Origin: Candidatus Zixiibacteriota bacterium | GTDB taxonomy: Bacteria > SM23-81 > DAOVCL01 | Direction: 5' to 3' | Assembly (NCBI GenBank): GCA_030670005.1 | Contig: DAOVCL010000002.1 | Span: 1-34,912 of the forward strand | DNA length: 34,912 bases | In this document: positions 9,165-16,827 of the stretch, piece after piece | How positions within the stretch are numbered: position 1 is the first letter of the stretch | How the letters are laid out: each line of letters begins with the position of its first letter | Notes under the pieces: model-generated | The model's input: the letters and a program-made list of their open reading frames with translations, nothing else | The model's database searches: none | Told to the model about the DNA's origin: nothing | Made by a program: the position numbers and the translations under genes

Positions 9165-9187
9165 CTTAGCGCCCTTCGGGCACTAAG
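9165..9187 (+). terminator. Hairpin downstream of rnfB (possible terminator)
   Basis: CTTAGCGCCC-ttc-GGGCACTAAG is a 10-bp stem with one mismatch. The trailing T-tract is weak. Confidence 0.35.
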
Positions 9188-9208
9188 TTCAAAAGTTGAG
9201 CTTTTCAT

Positions 9209-10207
9209 ATGAAGAAGATTGCGATTTTCGTTATGTATAATATTGTTGTGGTGCTTTCATTATTTATCTCACTTGAGCTTATAATCAGATCCACTCTCCC
9301 AGAGATTAAACCTTATGCAACCGATAAGAGAATATTGGTTGATAGTATGTATTACGATTCAAGAGGACTTAAACCATTGAGTGCTGGTTACTCAAATGAG
9401 GTATTGGTGAAAGTTGATAGGTTGGGCTTTAGAAAGTGTAGTACCCCAATCGACAAATTGAAAAGGAGTTGGCTTCTCTTAGGAGACTCGATTACAATGG
9501 GTATTGGTGTAGAGAATGATTCAACATTTGCATGTATTATTCAAAACCAAGTGGATTCATTAAACATATTGAACCCATCTGTAATTGGCTATGCAGCGAA
9601 AGATTATATGAATGTCTCCAAGTATTTTGTCATTGATAAAGTTTACAATTTGGATATCAGGAGAGTCATTATTTTTTGGTGTTTAAATGATGTTTACTTT
9701 ACTCTGTCAGATATCGAAACTCCAGGTGGTCATCTCAGATATTTATTGGGTGATTTTCTGAAATTTTTAAGACTTAATAGCAGATTTTACCTTTTCATAA
9801 AGAATCTCGTTTTTGATAGACCTAAAAGCTATTATAACTTTGATGAGAGATTCTATTCTGAAGATGATCCTGAATTTGTCAAGTCAATAGATAAGATTAT
9901 AGAAATAAGCCAACTGTGCTCCAAGCAGAATATCGATTTTCATATTGTCGTACTTCCCTATGAGTATCAGCTAAGGAACCCTAATTCTTTGATCCGTAAA
10001 CCCCAGAAAATCATATCTACCAGACTTATGAATGAAGGCATTACAGTGTTGGATCCGATGGAATTCTTTAGAGATACTTCTAAAGAATCCAAAGAATTCT
10101 TCTTGTATGGGGATGGGATGCATTTATCAAACACAGGCCATCGACTACTTGCCGAATTTGTAATCAAAAGCTTGATTGAATCTCAGAAAGATATAAGACC
10201 TAATTAA
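9209..10207 (+). CDS. Membrane-anchored SGNH/GDSL-family hydrolase
   Basis: 332 aa with an N-terminal TM helix. Block I is LLLGDSITMGIG, and the block V-like motif is GDGMHLSNTGHRLLAEF. It is markedly more A+T-rich than its flanks. Confidence 0.7.
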   Translation: MKKIAIFVMYNIVVVLSLFISLELIIRSTLPEIKPYATDKRILVDSMYYDSRGLKPLSAGYSNEVLVKVDRLGFRKCSTPIDKLKRSWLLLGDSITMGIGVENDSTFACIIQNQVDSLNILNPSVIGYAAKDYMNVSKYFVIDKVYNLDIRRVIIFWCLNDVYFTLSDIETPGGHLRYLLGDFLKFLRLNSRFYLFIKNLVFDRPKSYYNFDERFYSEDDPEFVKSIDKIIEISQLCSKQNIDFHIVVLPYEYQLRNPNSLIRKPQKIISTRLMNEGITVLDPMEFFRDTSKESKEFFLYGDGMHLSNTGHRLLAEFVIKSLIESQKDIRPN

Positions 10208-10365
10208 ATGCGCCTGACCGGGGCTCGCACCTAATGTCAAGGGATGGGTTAAGTTTTATGCCACAATAGGGTTGGCGCATCCTGGGGCGCTTTTAGTAAA
10301 GGGAGCAAACGAGCATTTGTGGTTATATTTGGATAGAATTGGGACGAAAATCCAGGAGGTGACCT

Positions 10366-10596
10366 ATCAGGAAATTTCACCAGATCTGGCATATCTGGAG
10401 ACGCATCGGACAGGCTATTGGCGACTGGGTTGCCCGAGTCGTGTTGACGGCTTTCTACTTCACGCTTTTTGCCCCTTTCGGCCTGGGGGTGCGGCTATTG
10501 AGCGACCCACTGGCGATCAAGCGCAAACATAAGGCACATTGGCTGGAACGCACAACCCATGATTTGACCTTGGACGACGCACGGAGGCTCTCCTGA
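10366..10596 (+). CDS. Small hydrophobic protein translationally coupled to the carbamoyltransferase (no canonical start codon)
   Basis: The open frame reads IRKFHQIWHIWRRIGQAIGDWVARVVLTAFYFTLFAPFGLGVRLLSDPLAIKRKHKAHWLERTTHDLTLDDARRLS. Its TGA shares one base with the carbamoyltransferase ATG (TGATG). AGGAGG lies 8 nt before an ATC at 10366, and there is no ATG, GTG or TTG in the frame. I recall similar small proteins upstream of carbamoyltransferases, but have not verified this. Confidence 0.4.
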   Translation: MRKFHQIWHIWRRIGQAIGDWVARVVLTAFYFTLFAPFGLGVRLLSDPLAIKRKHKAHWLERTTHDLTLDDARRLS

Positions 10597-12440
10597 TGTA
10601 CATACTGGGCATCTCGTGCTACTACCACGACGCGGCAGCCTCCCTGCTGCACGACGGCATGTTGGTGGCTGCCGCCGAAGAGGAGCGTTTCACCCGCAAG
10701 AAGCACGACTACAGCTTCCCCGACCATGCCATTGACTTCTGCCTGCGTCAAGCCGGGATAACTGGGCAAAACCTGGACTTGGTAGTTTTCTATGAGAAAC
10801 CGCTGCTCAAGTTCGAGCGTATTCTCATGACCACATTGCAGACCTTTCCCCAGTCATGGGACGTCTTCCGCGAGTCCATGATTGGTTGGTTCAACGAGAA
10901 GCTGTGGATCAAAGGCCACATCCTGACCAAATTGAATATTCCCAATGAGAAGCTGCTCTTCATCGAGCATCACCTGAGCCATGCTGCCAGCGCCTTCTTC
11001 TGCTCACCCTATGAGGAGGCGGCCATCCTGACGGTAGATGGAGTTGGGGAGTGGACGACGGCAACGGTGGGTCGGGGAAGGGCCTTCTGGGCAGAGGGGC
11101 AGGGGAGGCAAGGAGAGAGTGAGACAAGGGGCAAGAAAGAGCAGTCTGCAACCCGCAGTAATTCGATTGAGCTTTTCGACGAGGTGAATTTCCCCCATTC
11201 CCTGGGCCTGCTCTACTCTGCCTTCACCGCCTTCCTGGGCTTCCGGATCAACAATGGCGAGTATAAGGTGATGGGCATGGCACCCTATGGGCGGCCCAAC
11301 CGGGTGGAGGACATCTATAAACTCATCGAGGTAGGCGACAACGGCGAATTCCGGCTGAATATGGACTACTTCTGTTTCCACCACTCCATCTCACGCACTT
11401 TCAACGGCAATTTTGTGAAGCTATTCGGTGAGCCGCGAGTGCACGAATCGGCCTTCTACACCCTCATTACTCATCCAAAGCAAGATCATCCCCAATGGAA
11501 TGAGGCCAGAGCCCAGAGCAATCAGCACTATGCTGATATCGCCGCCAGCATCCAGAGGGTGACTGAGGAGACGTTGCTCAAGATGGCCAGCTATGCCCAC
11601 CGGTGTACCGGCCTGAAAAAGCTGTGCATGGCCGGTGGTGTGGTGCTGAATTCGGTGGCCAACGGCCGCATCCTGCGCGAGACGCCTTTCGAGGATGTCT
11701 TCATCCAGCCAGCAGCGGGCGACTCCGGTGGGGCCCTGGGGGCGGCCCTATACGCCTACCATGTGCTGCTGGGTCAACCACGCAAGTTCGTGATGGAGCA
11801 TGCCTACTGGGGCCAGGGCTACTCCCCCGATGAGGTACGAGCCGAAATTGAGGCCACGGGCCTGCCCTACCAGCGGATAGAGGATCCAGAGCGGCTGGCG
11901 CAGCTAATGGTGGATGACCTGCTGGCTGGCAAGGTGATCGGCCTCTTCCAGGGACGCTTCGAGTGGGGGCCACGGGCACTGGGTAACCGCTCCATCCTGG
12001 CGGATCCGCGCCGGGCGGAGATGAAGGCTATCGTCAATGCCCGCATCAAGTTCCGCGAGCCCTTCCGCCCCTTCGCGCCGGCAGTGTTGGAGGAACGGGC
12101 CGCCGACTTTTATGCCGACCTTGACGACCCAACCCGTCACTATCCCCTTCGCCACATGCTCATGGTCTACCACACAAAGGACGGCCAGGGTGAAAAGATC
12201 AAGGCGGTCACCCACCAAGGGGGCACGGGGCGCTTGCAAACGGTGCGCCGGGAGTGGAACCCGCTCTATTACCGCACAATCGAACTGTTCGGCGAAGCCA
12301 CGGGGGTGCCGGTGCTGCTCAACACCAGTTTCAACCTGCGTGGTGAGCCCATCGTTAACACGCCAACTAATGCGCTGGACACGTTTGCGAAAAGCGGGAT
12401 TGAGACGCTATACATGGATGGATATGTTATCCGTAAGTAG
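10596..12440 (+). CDS. Carbamoyltransferase (NodU/CmcH family)
   Basis: 614 aa. The N-terminus is MYILGISCYYHDAAASLLHDGMLVAAAEEERFTRKKHD. Other family blocks are HHLSHAASAFF, FPHSLGLLYSAFT, KLCMAGGVVLNSVANG, EWGPRALGNRSILADP and LLNTSFNLRGEPIV. It is GC-rich relative to its neighbours. Confidence 0.9.
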   Translation: MYILGISCYYHDAAASLLHDGMLVAAAEEERFTRKKHDYSFPDHAIDFCLRQAGITGQNLDLVVFYEKPLLKFERILMTTLQTFPQSWDVFRESMIGWFNEKLWIKGHILTKLNIPNEKLLFIEHHLSHAASAFFCSPYEEAAILTVDGVGEWTTATVGRGRAFWAEGQGRQGESETRGKKEQSATRSNSIELFDEVNFPHSLGLLYSAFTAFLGFRINNGEYKVMGMAPYGRPNRVEDIYKLIEVGDNGEFRLNMDYFCFHHSISRTFNGNFVKLFGEPRVHESAFYTLITHPKQDHPQWNEARAQSNQHYADIAASIQRVTEETLLKMASYAHRCTGLKKLCMAGGVVLNSVANGRILRETPFEDVFIQPAAGDSGGALGAALYAYHVLLGQPRKFVMEHAYWGQGYSPDEVRAEIEATGLPYQRIEDPERLAQLMVDDLLAGKVIGLFQGRFEWGPRALGNRSILADPRRAEMKAIVNARIKFREPFRPFAPAVLEERAADFYADLDDPTRHYPLRHMLMVYHTKDGQGEKIKAVTHQGGTGRLQTVRREWNPLYYRTIELFGEATGVPVLLNTSFNLRGEPIVNTPTNALDTFAKSGIETLYMDGYVIRK

Positions 12441-12585
12441 ATGTAATGAACCGCACATTTGGAACGTTCCAGAGGGCACATATCTCGCCGGATAACGGCT
12501 GGATTCGACTGCGGCGTATCTCCGTTTCCCCCAGCAAGCTGTGAGGTATCCAGCGGAGGCCTATCATGAAAGCTGGAGATTGAGT

Positions 12586-13626
12586 ATGGAGTCTGACGTC
12601 ACAAGCTCAGTCGTACCATCTCTTATGGCTCAGCACATAGACATTTTCGTTTGCCCATCCTGCGGCGGAGCTTTGCATGTATCGAGTGACCGTCGCAGAA
12701 TAGAATGCTCCAAATGCAATCTATCTTTCAGATCTGAAAAGGGAATACCTCTTTTATTCTGGCCCAATGAATCGGATTCTAAAGTAGATGTTACAGAGAT
12801 CGTCAAATCGTTCTATGAGGAAAACCCTTTCCCTGGTTACGAAGATGTGGATTCTAAATGGAGCCTTAGAGATAAGGCTGAAAAAGGGATTTTTGCTCGT
12901 TTGCTAGATGACCAAATCCCTTATGGTTGGAAGATACTCGAGGTCGGATGTGGCACAGGACAACTGAGCAATTTTCTGGGTATGACATGGGGAAGAACTG
13001 TTTTTGCTACTGATATCTGTCTGAATTCCCTAAAGTTAGGCCAGGAGTTCAAGGAAACACATCAAATTGACAATGTCGTTTTTCTCCAAATGAATTTATT
13101 TAGGCCAGCATTCAAGACAGATAGTTTTGATTTAGTTATCTGTAACGGTGTATTACATCACACCAGCGCCCCATTTTTGGGCTTCCAATCGATATCAAAA
13201 CTTATTAAAAAAGGAGGATTCGTCATAGTTGGCCTTTATAATACTTATGGCAGAATTCCAACTGACATCAGGCGTTTCATCTTTAAACTTTCTGGTAATC
13301 GTTTCAAGTCTTTAGATCCTCGCCTAAGAGCCAAAAATCTTAGTGACATAAGAAAACATATATGGTTTATGGATCAGTATAAGAATCCGCATGAATCCAA
13401 GCATACAATTGGAGAAGCGCTGAGTTGGTTTGATCAATCTGGAGTCGAGTTTATTAACAGCATACCGAAGTCTACGGCATTTGAACCATTCTGTCCGGAG
13501 GAAAAGTTATTCAAGGCAAATCCCAGAGGGACGAGGCTTGATCACTTTTTTGTTCAGTTGGGTATGCTGCTTAGTGGGGGCAGAGAAGGCGGGTTTTTTA
13601 TAATGATTGGCCGTAAGAAAACTTAA
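12586..13626 (+). CDS. Class I SAM-dependent methyltransferase with an N-terminal Trm112-like zinc ribbon
   Basis: The zinc ribbon is CPSCGGAL...CSKCNLSF...GIPLLF. SAM motif I is ILEVGCGTGQLSNFLG, and DLVICNGVLHH follows. The ORF track starts at 12541 (GTG). The ATG at 12586 has GGAG 7 nt upstream. Confidence 0.8.
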   Translation: MESDVTSSVVPSLMAQHIDIFVCPSCGGALHVSSDRRRIECSKCNLSFRSEKGIPLLFWPNESDSKVDVTEIVKSFYEENPFPGYEDVDSKWSLRDKAEKGIFARLLDDQIPYGWKILEVGCGTGQLSNFLGMTWGRTVFATDICLNSLKLGQEFKETHQIDNVVFLQMNLFRPAFKTDSFDLVICNGVLHHTSAPFLGFQSISKLIKKGGFVIVGLYNTYGRIPTDIRRFIFKLSGNRFKSLDPRLRAKNLSDIRKHIWFMDQYKNPHESKHTIGEALSWFDQSGVEFINSIPKSTAFEPFCPEEKLFKANPRGTRLDHFFVQLGMLLSGGREGGFFIMIGRKKT

Positions 13627-13674
13627 TATAACGATCTTATGTGTCATGTTTTGAAGCTCGAAACAGCACATTGT

Positions 13675-13997
13675 TTGCCTGGACAGCTCTGCTCACTACT
13701 GCCCGCCATGCTACATGCTGATGGTCTACCCCTGGAAGGACGGCCAGGGGGAGCGTAATCCAGGTGGTCACCCATGAGGACGGGACGAGATGCCTGCAGA
13801 GGGTAGGCCAGGGATCGAACCCGCTCTACTACCCCCGATCGAGCTGTTCGATGAAAGAACGGCTTGCCGGTGTTGCTCAACACCAGCTTTAATCTGCGTG
13901 GTGAGCCATTGTCAATACGCCGGAGAACGCGCTGAACACCTTCAGTAAGAACGGCATTGACACGCTACACATGGGTGGGTTTGTGATCAGAAAGTGA
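13675..13997 (+). pseudogene. 3' remnant of a second, diverged carbamoyltransferase gene (multiple frameshifts)
   Basis: The nucleotide sequence is clearly alignable to 12130..12440. One matching pair is catgctgatggtctacc..aaggacggccaggg..gtcaccca..gaacccgctctacta against the corresponding stretch of the intact gene. Another is ttgctcaacaccagctttaatctgcgtggtgagcc against ctgctcaacaccagtttcaacctgcgtggtgagcc. The reading frame is broken. The remnant ends ..TLHMGGFVIRK-TGA. Confidence 0.7.
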
Positions 13998-14008
13998 AGG
14001 GAGGGCAA

Positions 14009-14191
14009 ATGAAAACTTTTATCCGTAGCATGACATCCAAGTTGGACGTGGCGAGGGAATTGTTGGGGTTTCTGTGGCGACGCAAACTGTGGTGGCTGAT
14101 CCCGATGGTCGCAGTGTTGCTGCTCTTCGGTTTGCTGCTGATCTTCGCCTCTGCGTCTGGGATTGGACCATTCATCTATACGCTATTCTAA
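14009..14191 (+). CDS. Small membrane protein, DUF5989-like (usual partner of carbamoyltransferases)
   Basis: MKTFIRSMTSKLDVARELLGFLWRRKLWWLIPMVAVLLLFGLLLIFASASGIGPFIYTLF. GAAGGGAGGG lies before the ATG at 14009. The gene sits directly after the carbamoyltransferase remnant stop. The family assignment is from memory. Confidence 0.65.
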   Translation: MKTFIRSMTSKLDVARELLGFLWRRKLWWLIPMVAVLLLFGLLLIFASASGIGPFIYTLF

Positions 14192-14195
14192 CGAA

Positions 14196-14236
14196 ATATT
14201 TAGGAATTCCCTAAAAATTCCTAAATGACCTGTTAT
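14196..14236. repeat. Variant copy of the ATTT(C/A)GGAATT palindrome, upstream of tatC
   Basis: ATTTAGGAATT (14198..14208), a 7-nt spacer, then AATTCCTAAAT (14216..14226). The right flank gacctgttat is shared with 608..636. Confidence 0.5.
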
Positions 14237-14279
14237 GAGTCCAATATCTGAAATTATCCTTTCCCTCCCCTTTTAGGGT

Positions 14280-15032
14280 ATGGGCCTCTGGCCATTCAAC
14301 GAAAGGAGGGGTGGAACCAAGGAGATGTCCTTTCTGGACCACTTAGAGGAGCTGAGGTGGCGGATCATCAAGTGCTTGGCCTCAATCATCCTTTTAGGGC
14401 TGGTTTCCCTCCTCTTCTCTGAAACGATATTAAATCTGCTCACCCATCCAGTGGTCAACCTCCCACACCCCCCAAAGATAATCTTCCTCTCCCCCACCGG
14501 GATGTTCGTTGTTCGGATCTGGTTAGCCCTGGCCTGCGGGGTAGTCTTAGGCCTCCCCGTCATCTTCTATCAGGTTTGGGCCTTTGTCGCCCCTGGCCTT
14601 TTGGCCAGGGAGAGAAAGTATATTGGAGGGCTGACCCTCTTCTCCACCCTCTTCTTCCTCTTAGGGGCGGCCTTCTCCTATTTCATCATTGTCCCTTATG
14701 GCTTGAGGTTTCTCTTAGGGTTGAGAACCCCCCAGATAGAACCTCAGTTGGATGTAGGGAAATATATCGGCTTCGTCTCCAGGATCATCTTAGCTTTTGG
14801 CGCCGTTTTCCAGCTTCCCATCTTCTCTCTCTTTCTCACCAAGATAGGGATAATATCTCCTCACTTTTTGCGTCAGAAGAGGAGATATGCCCTTGTTCTC
14901 ATCTTCGTCCTGGCCGCCTTCTTAACTCCCCCTGATGCATTTACCCAGGTGGCCATGGCCTTTCCCCTTATCTTCCTTTATGAGCTAAGTATCTTAGTCT
15001 CTGTTTTAGTCAGTAAAAGGGAGGCAAGATGA
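14280..15032 (+). CDS. tatC: Twin-arginine translocase subunit TatC
   Basis: MSFLDHLEELRWRIIKCL..., FLSPTGMF, LAPGL..ERK, FLLGAAFSYFIIVP and LTPPDAFTQ. The start is either 14280 or, more typically for TatC, the ATG at 14325. Confidence 0.88.
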   Translation: MGLWPFNERRGGTKEMSFLDHLEELRWRIIKCLASIILLGLVSLLFSETILNLLTHPVVNLPHPPKIIFLSPTGMFVVRIWLALACGVVLGLPVIFYQVWAFVAPGLLARERKYIGGLTLFSTLFFLLGAAFSYFIIVPYGLRFLLGLRTPQIEPQLDVGKYIGFVSRIILAFGAVFQLPIFSLFLTKIGIISPHFLRQKRRYALVLIFVLAAFLTPPDAFTQVAMAFPLIFLYELSILVSVLVSKREAR

Positions 15033-15871
15033 GATTTGGCTTTCATATCTCCATAGCCGGTGGCCTCTCCAAGGTGCCCCAAAGGGCCACAGCCAAGGGC
15101 TGTGAGACCATACAGATATTCTCTCGCAATCCCAGGGGATGGAATTACTCCCCCCTCCCTCAATTAGAGGTAGAGAAATTCCGCTCCGGGATCTCTCAAA
15201 GGGGAATAGAGCCTGTAGTGGTGCATATGCCCTATCTCCCCAACCTGGCCAATCCTCAACCAGAATCCTACCGCCGATCGTTGGACTCCCTCTGCGAGGA
15301 CCTCCGCCGGGCCGATCTCGTTGGTGCTAAGTATCTGGTCATGCATGTGGGAAGCAGTTTAGGAGAAAGCAAACCCATAGCCATAGAAAGGATCGTCAAG
15401 GGGATCAATAAGGCTTTCCAATTGGTGGAAAATGGGGTCATCCTCCTGCTGGAGAATACGGCAGGGGCAGGAACCGAGATCGGCGATAGGTTTGAATCCT
15501 TTAAGCTCATCTTTGAGGGAATCCTCCCCAAGGAGAGGATAGGGGTCTGTCTGGATACTGCCCACCTATTTGAGGCCGGATATGACCTCTCCTCTACCCA
15601 GGGGCTGGAGAAGGCCCTGAAGGGGTTTGTCCAATTGGTTGGTAGGCAAAGGCTTTACCTTCTTCACCTCAACGACTCCAAGACCCCTTGCGGCTCCAGA
15701 TCGGACAGACACTGGCATATTGGGGAAGGACATATTGGACTGGAGGGGTTTAAAAGAATAGTGAATCATCCAAAACTTCAAGATCTCCCTGGAATAATGG
15801 AGACCCCACGGAAGTCGGAAAAGGACGACCTGAGGAATATGGAGGTGATCAGGGGATTGGTAGATCAGTAA
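15029..15871 (+). CDS. nfo: Deoxyribonuclease IV / AP endonuclease (Nfo family)
   Basis: MRFGFHISIAGGL...CETIQIFSRNPRGW, VVHMPYLPNLA, VMHVGS, LLENTAG, CLDTAHLFEAGYD, LHLNDSK...GSRSDRHWHIGEG. It overlaps tatC by 4 nt. Confidence 0.9.
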   Translation: MRFGFHISIAGGLSKVPQRATAKGCETIQIFSRNPRGWNYSPLPQLEVEKFRSGISQRGIEPVVVHMPYLPNLANPQPESYRRSLDSLCEDLRRADLVGAKYLVMHVGSSLGESKPIAIERIVKGINKAFQLVENGVILLLENTAGAGTEIGDRFESFKLIFEGILPKERIGVCLDTAHLFEAGYDLSSTQGLEKALKGFVQLVGRQRLYLLHLNDSKTPCGSRSDRHWHIGEGHIGLEGFKRIVNHPKLQDLPGIMETPRKSEKDDLRNMEVIRGLVDQ

Positions 15872-15987
15872 AGAGAGGGTAACTCTAAGGATTTGATAAA
15901 AAAGTAAGAAGGGTTCAACAGTTGCTACTGGAGGTTTTACCTTAAATGGCGACTAACCTCGACTAAATTTACGATATCATTCCTTTC

Positions 15988-16362
15988 TTACTCACCTTTA
16001 TCCATTCCACTTCTCAGAGCGAAAACGAATGCTCTCGCTTTTAAAGGTTTATGACCAAGACGTAACTCTGGTTCACCCACTATGGCACTCATGCCAGGTG
16101 TATAGACATTAGCGTTGATTCTGTAACCTCTGCTATCATTATGTAAAACTCTTTTCTCTTTCAATTCTATCCTATAACCGTGATACTCAATTAGTGATAC
16201 CCACCATTTGCATTCGTCATAATCGGCCTGTTCTCTTGTATCAGGATATGTCGGTAGTTCTATGAAATTGTCTGTAGTATCGTTAATTGTGATTACCCTT
16301 TCATTAAAAGCATATGTAGGAACGCTCTTTAAACGTTCGAACTCCTTATCAAAATCAGAGAT
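15988..16362 (-). pseudogene. 5'-truncated ORF of unknown function (open frame without any start codon near its 5' end)
   Basis: A 124-codon open frame reads ISDFDKEFERLKSVPTYAFNERVITINDTTDNFIELPTYPDTREQADYDECKWWVSLIEYHGYRIELKEKRVLHNDSRGYRINANVYTPGMSAIVGEPELRLGHKPLKARAFVFALRSGMDKGE. It runs straight out of a TGA adjacent to the 22-bp tandem repeat. The only Met codons are near the 3' end. Confidence 0.35.
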
Positions 16363-16366
16363 TCAA

Positions 16367-16410
16367 GTTATTCTGGGGACACCATACTGTTATTCTGGGG
16401 ACACCATACT
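16367..16410. repeat. Perfect 22-bp tandem duplication (gttattctggggacaccatact x2)
   Basis: Read directly at 16367..16388 and 16389..16410. Its last 12 nt (ggacaccatact) recur inverted at 16592..16603. Confidence 0.85.
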
Positions 16411-16451
16411 CATTTCTTGAATTAGACATGGCACAAAGCTAAATCATCTAT

Positions 16452-16603
16452 ATGGCAAGAATAGCAAGGATCGTCCCCCTTTTCCCACCCCATATTAGCT
16501 AACGGGCCAAGGGGAGGCTCCAAAACCATCTTCTCAGATGAAGGCTATACAGCCTACAAAAAAACCAGGGAGAAAGCCAAAAAAATAAATGAGTATGGTG
16601 TCC
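16452..16603 (+). pseudogene. IS200-like / REP-associated tyrosine transposase (Y1, RAYT-like) N-terminal stub, frameshifted and 3'-truncated
   Basis: MARIARIVPLFPPHIS-stop is followed, in the +1 frame, by GPRGGSKTIFSDEGYTAYKKTREKAKKINEYGV. This compares with the family N-terminus MARxxRxxxPGxPHHxTQRGNRRQxxFFxDEDYxxYLxLLxExxxKYGV. A 12-bp inverted repeat flanks the stub. It is followed by (tcgaatt)x3. Confidence 0.55.
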
Positions 16604-16630
16604 TCGAATTTCGAATTTCGAATTTCTCCA

Positions 16631-16792
16631 CTATTACTCAGGGTCACATTATAGTTAGCACATTGTCATTTCAAGTGTCATTGCGAGACTTGTCCCGAGC
16701 GCAAGCGAGGGAACCCGACGAAGCAATCTCATAGTCCAAACCTCCATTCAGCGTTTTGGATTGCTTCGCTGCGCTCGCAATGACATGCAATC
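16631..16792 (+). repeat. Long-hairpin 'cattgcgag...ctcgcaatg' repeat element, copy 1
   Basis: It shares the leader attact.tcagg.tcaca.tatagtt.gcacattg..atttcaag.GTCATTGCGAG with 23277..23465. Internal arms are GTCATTGCGAG/CTCGCAATGAC and GAAGCAATC/GGATTGCTTC. Confidence 0.65.
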
Positions 16793-16827
16793 TATTTAGT
16801 GACCTCGGTAGTACCTCCAAATAGTCA

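Noticed and set aside
10272-10532. 86-aa ORF upstream of the carbamoyltransferase.
   Set aside because: Its translation shows no features. The overlapping frame-1 reading (10366..10596) gives a coherent hydrophobic protein with an RBS and stop-start coupling, so I preferred that one.
2029-12495. Many long ORFs in the track that lie antisense to, or out of frame within, the GC-rich genes. Examples are 2029..2376, 3079..3745, 4388..4936, 5923..6240, 8312..8719, 8796..9095, 11004..11384, 11904..12239 and 12037..12495.
   Set aside because: They are fully embedded in genes with clear family signatures. Their translations are Pro/Arg/Gly/Ser-rich and low in complexity, as expected for non-coding frames of GC-rich DNA. 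None has an RBS or a recognisable motif.
13644-13883. 79-aa minus-strand ORF.
   Set aside because: It lies antisense to the carbamoyltransferase 3' remnant, and nucleotide-level homology to 12130..12440 explains the region better.
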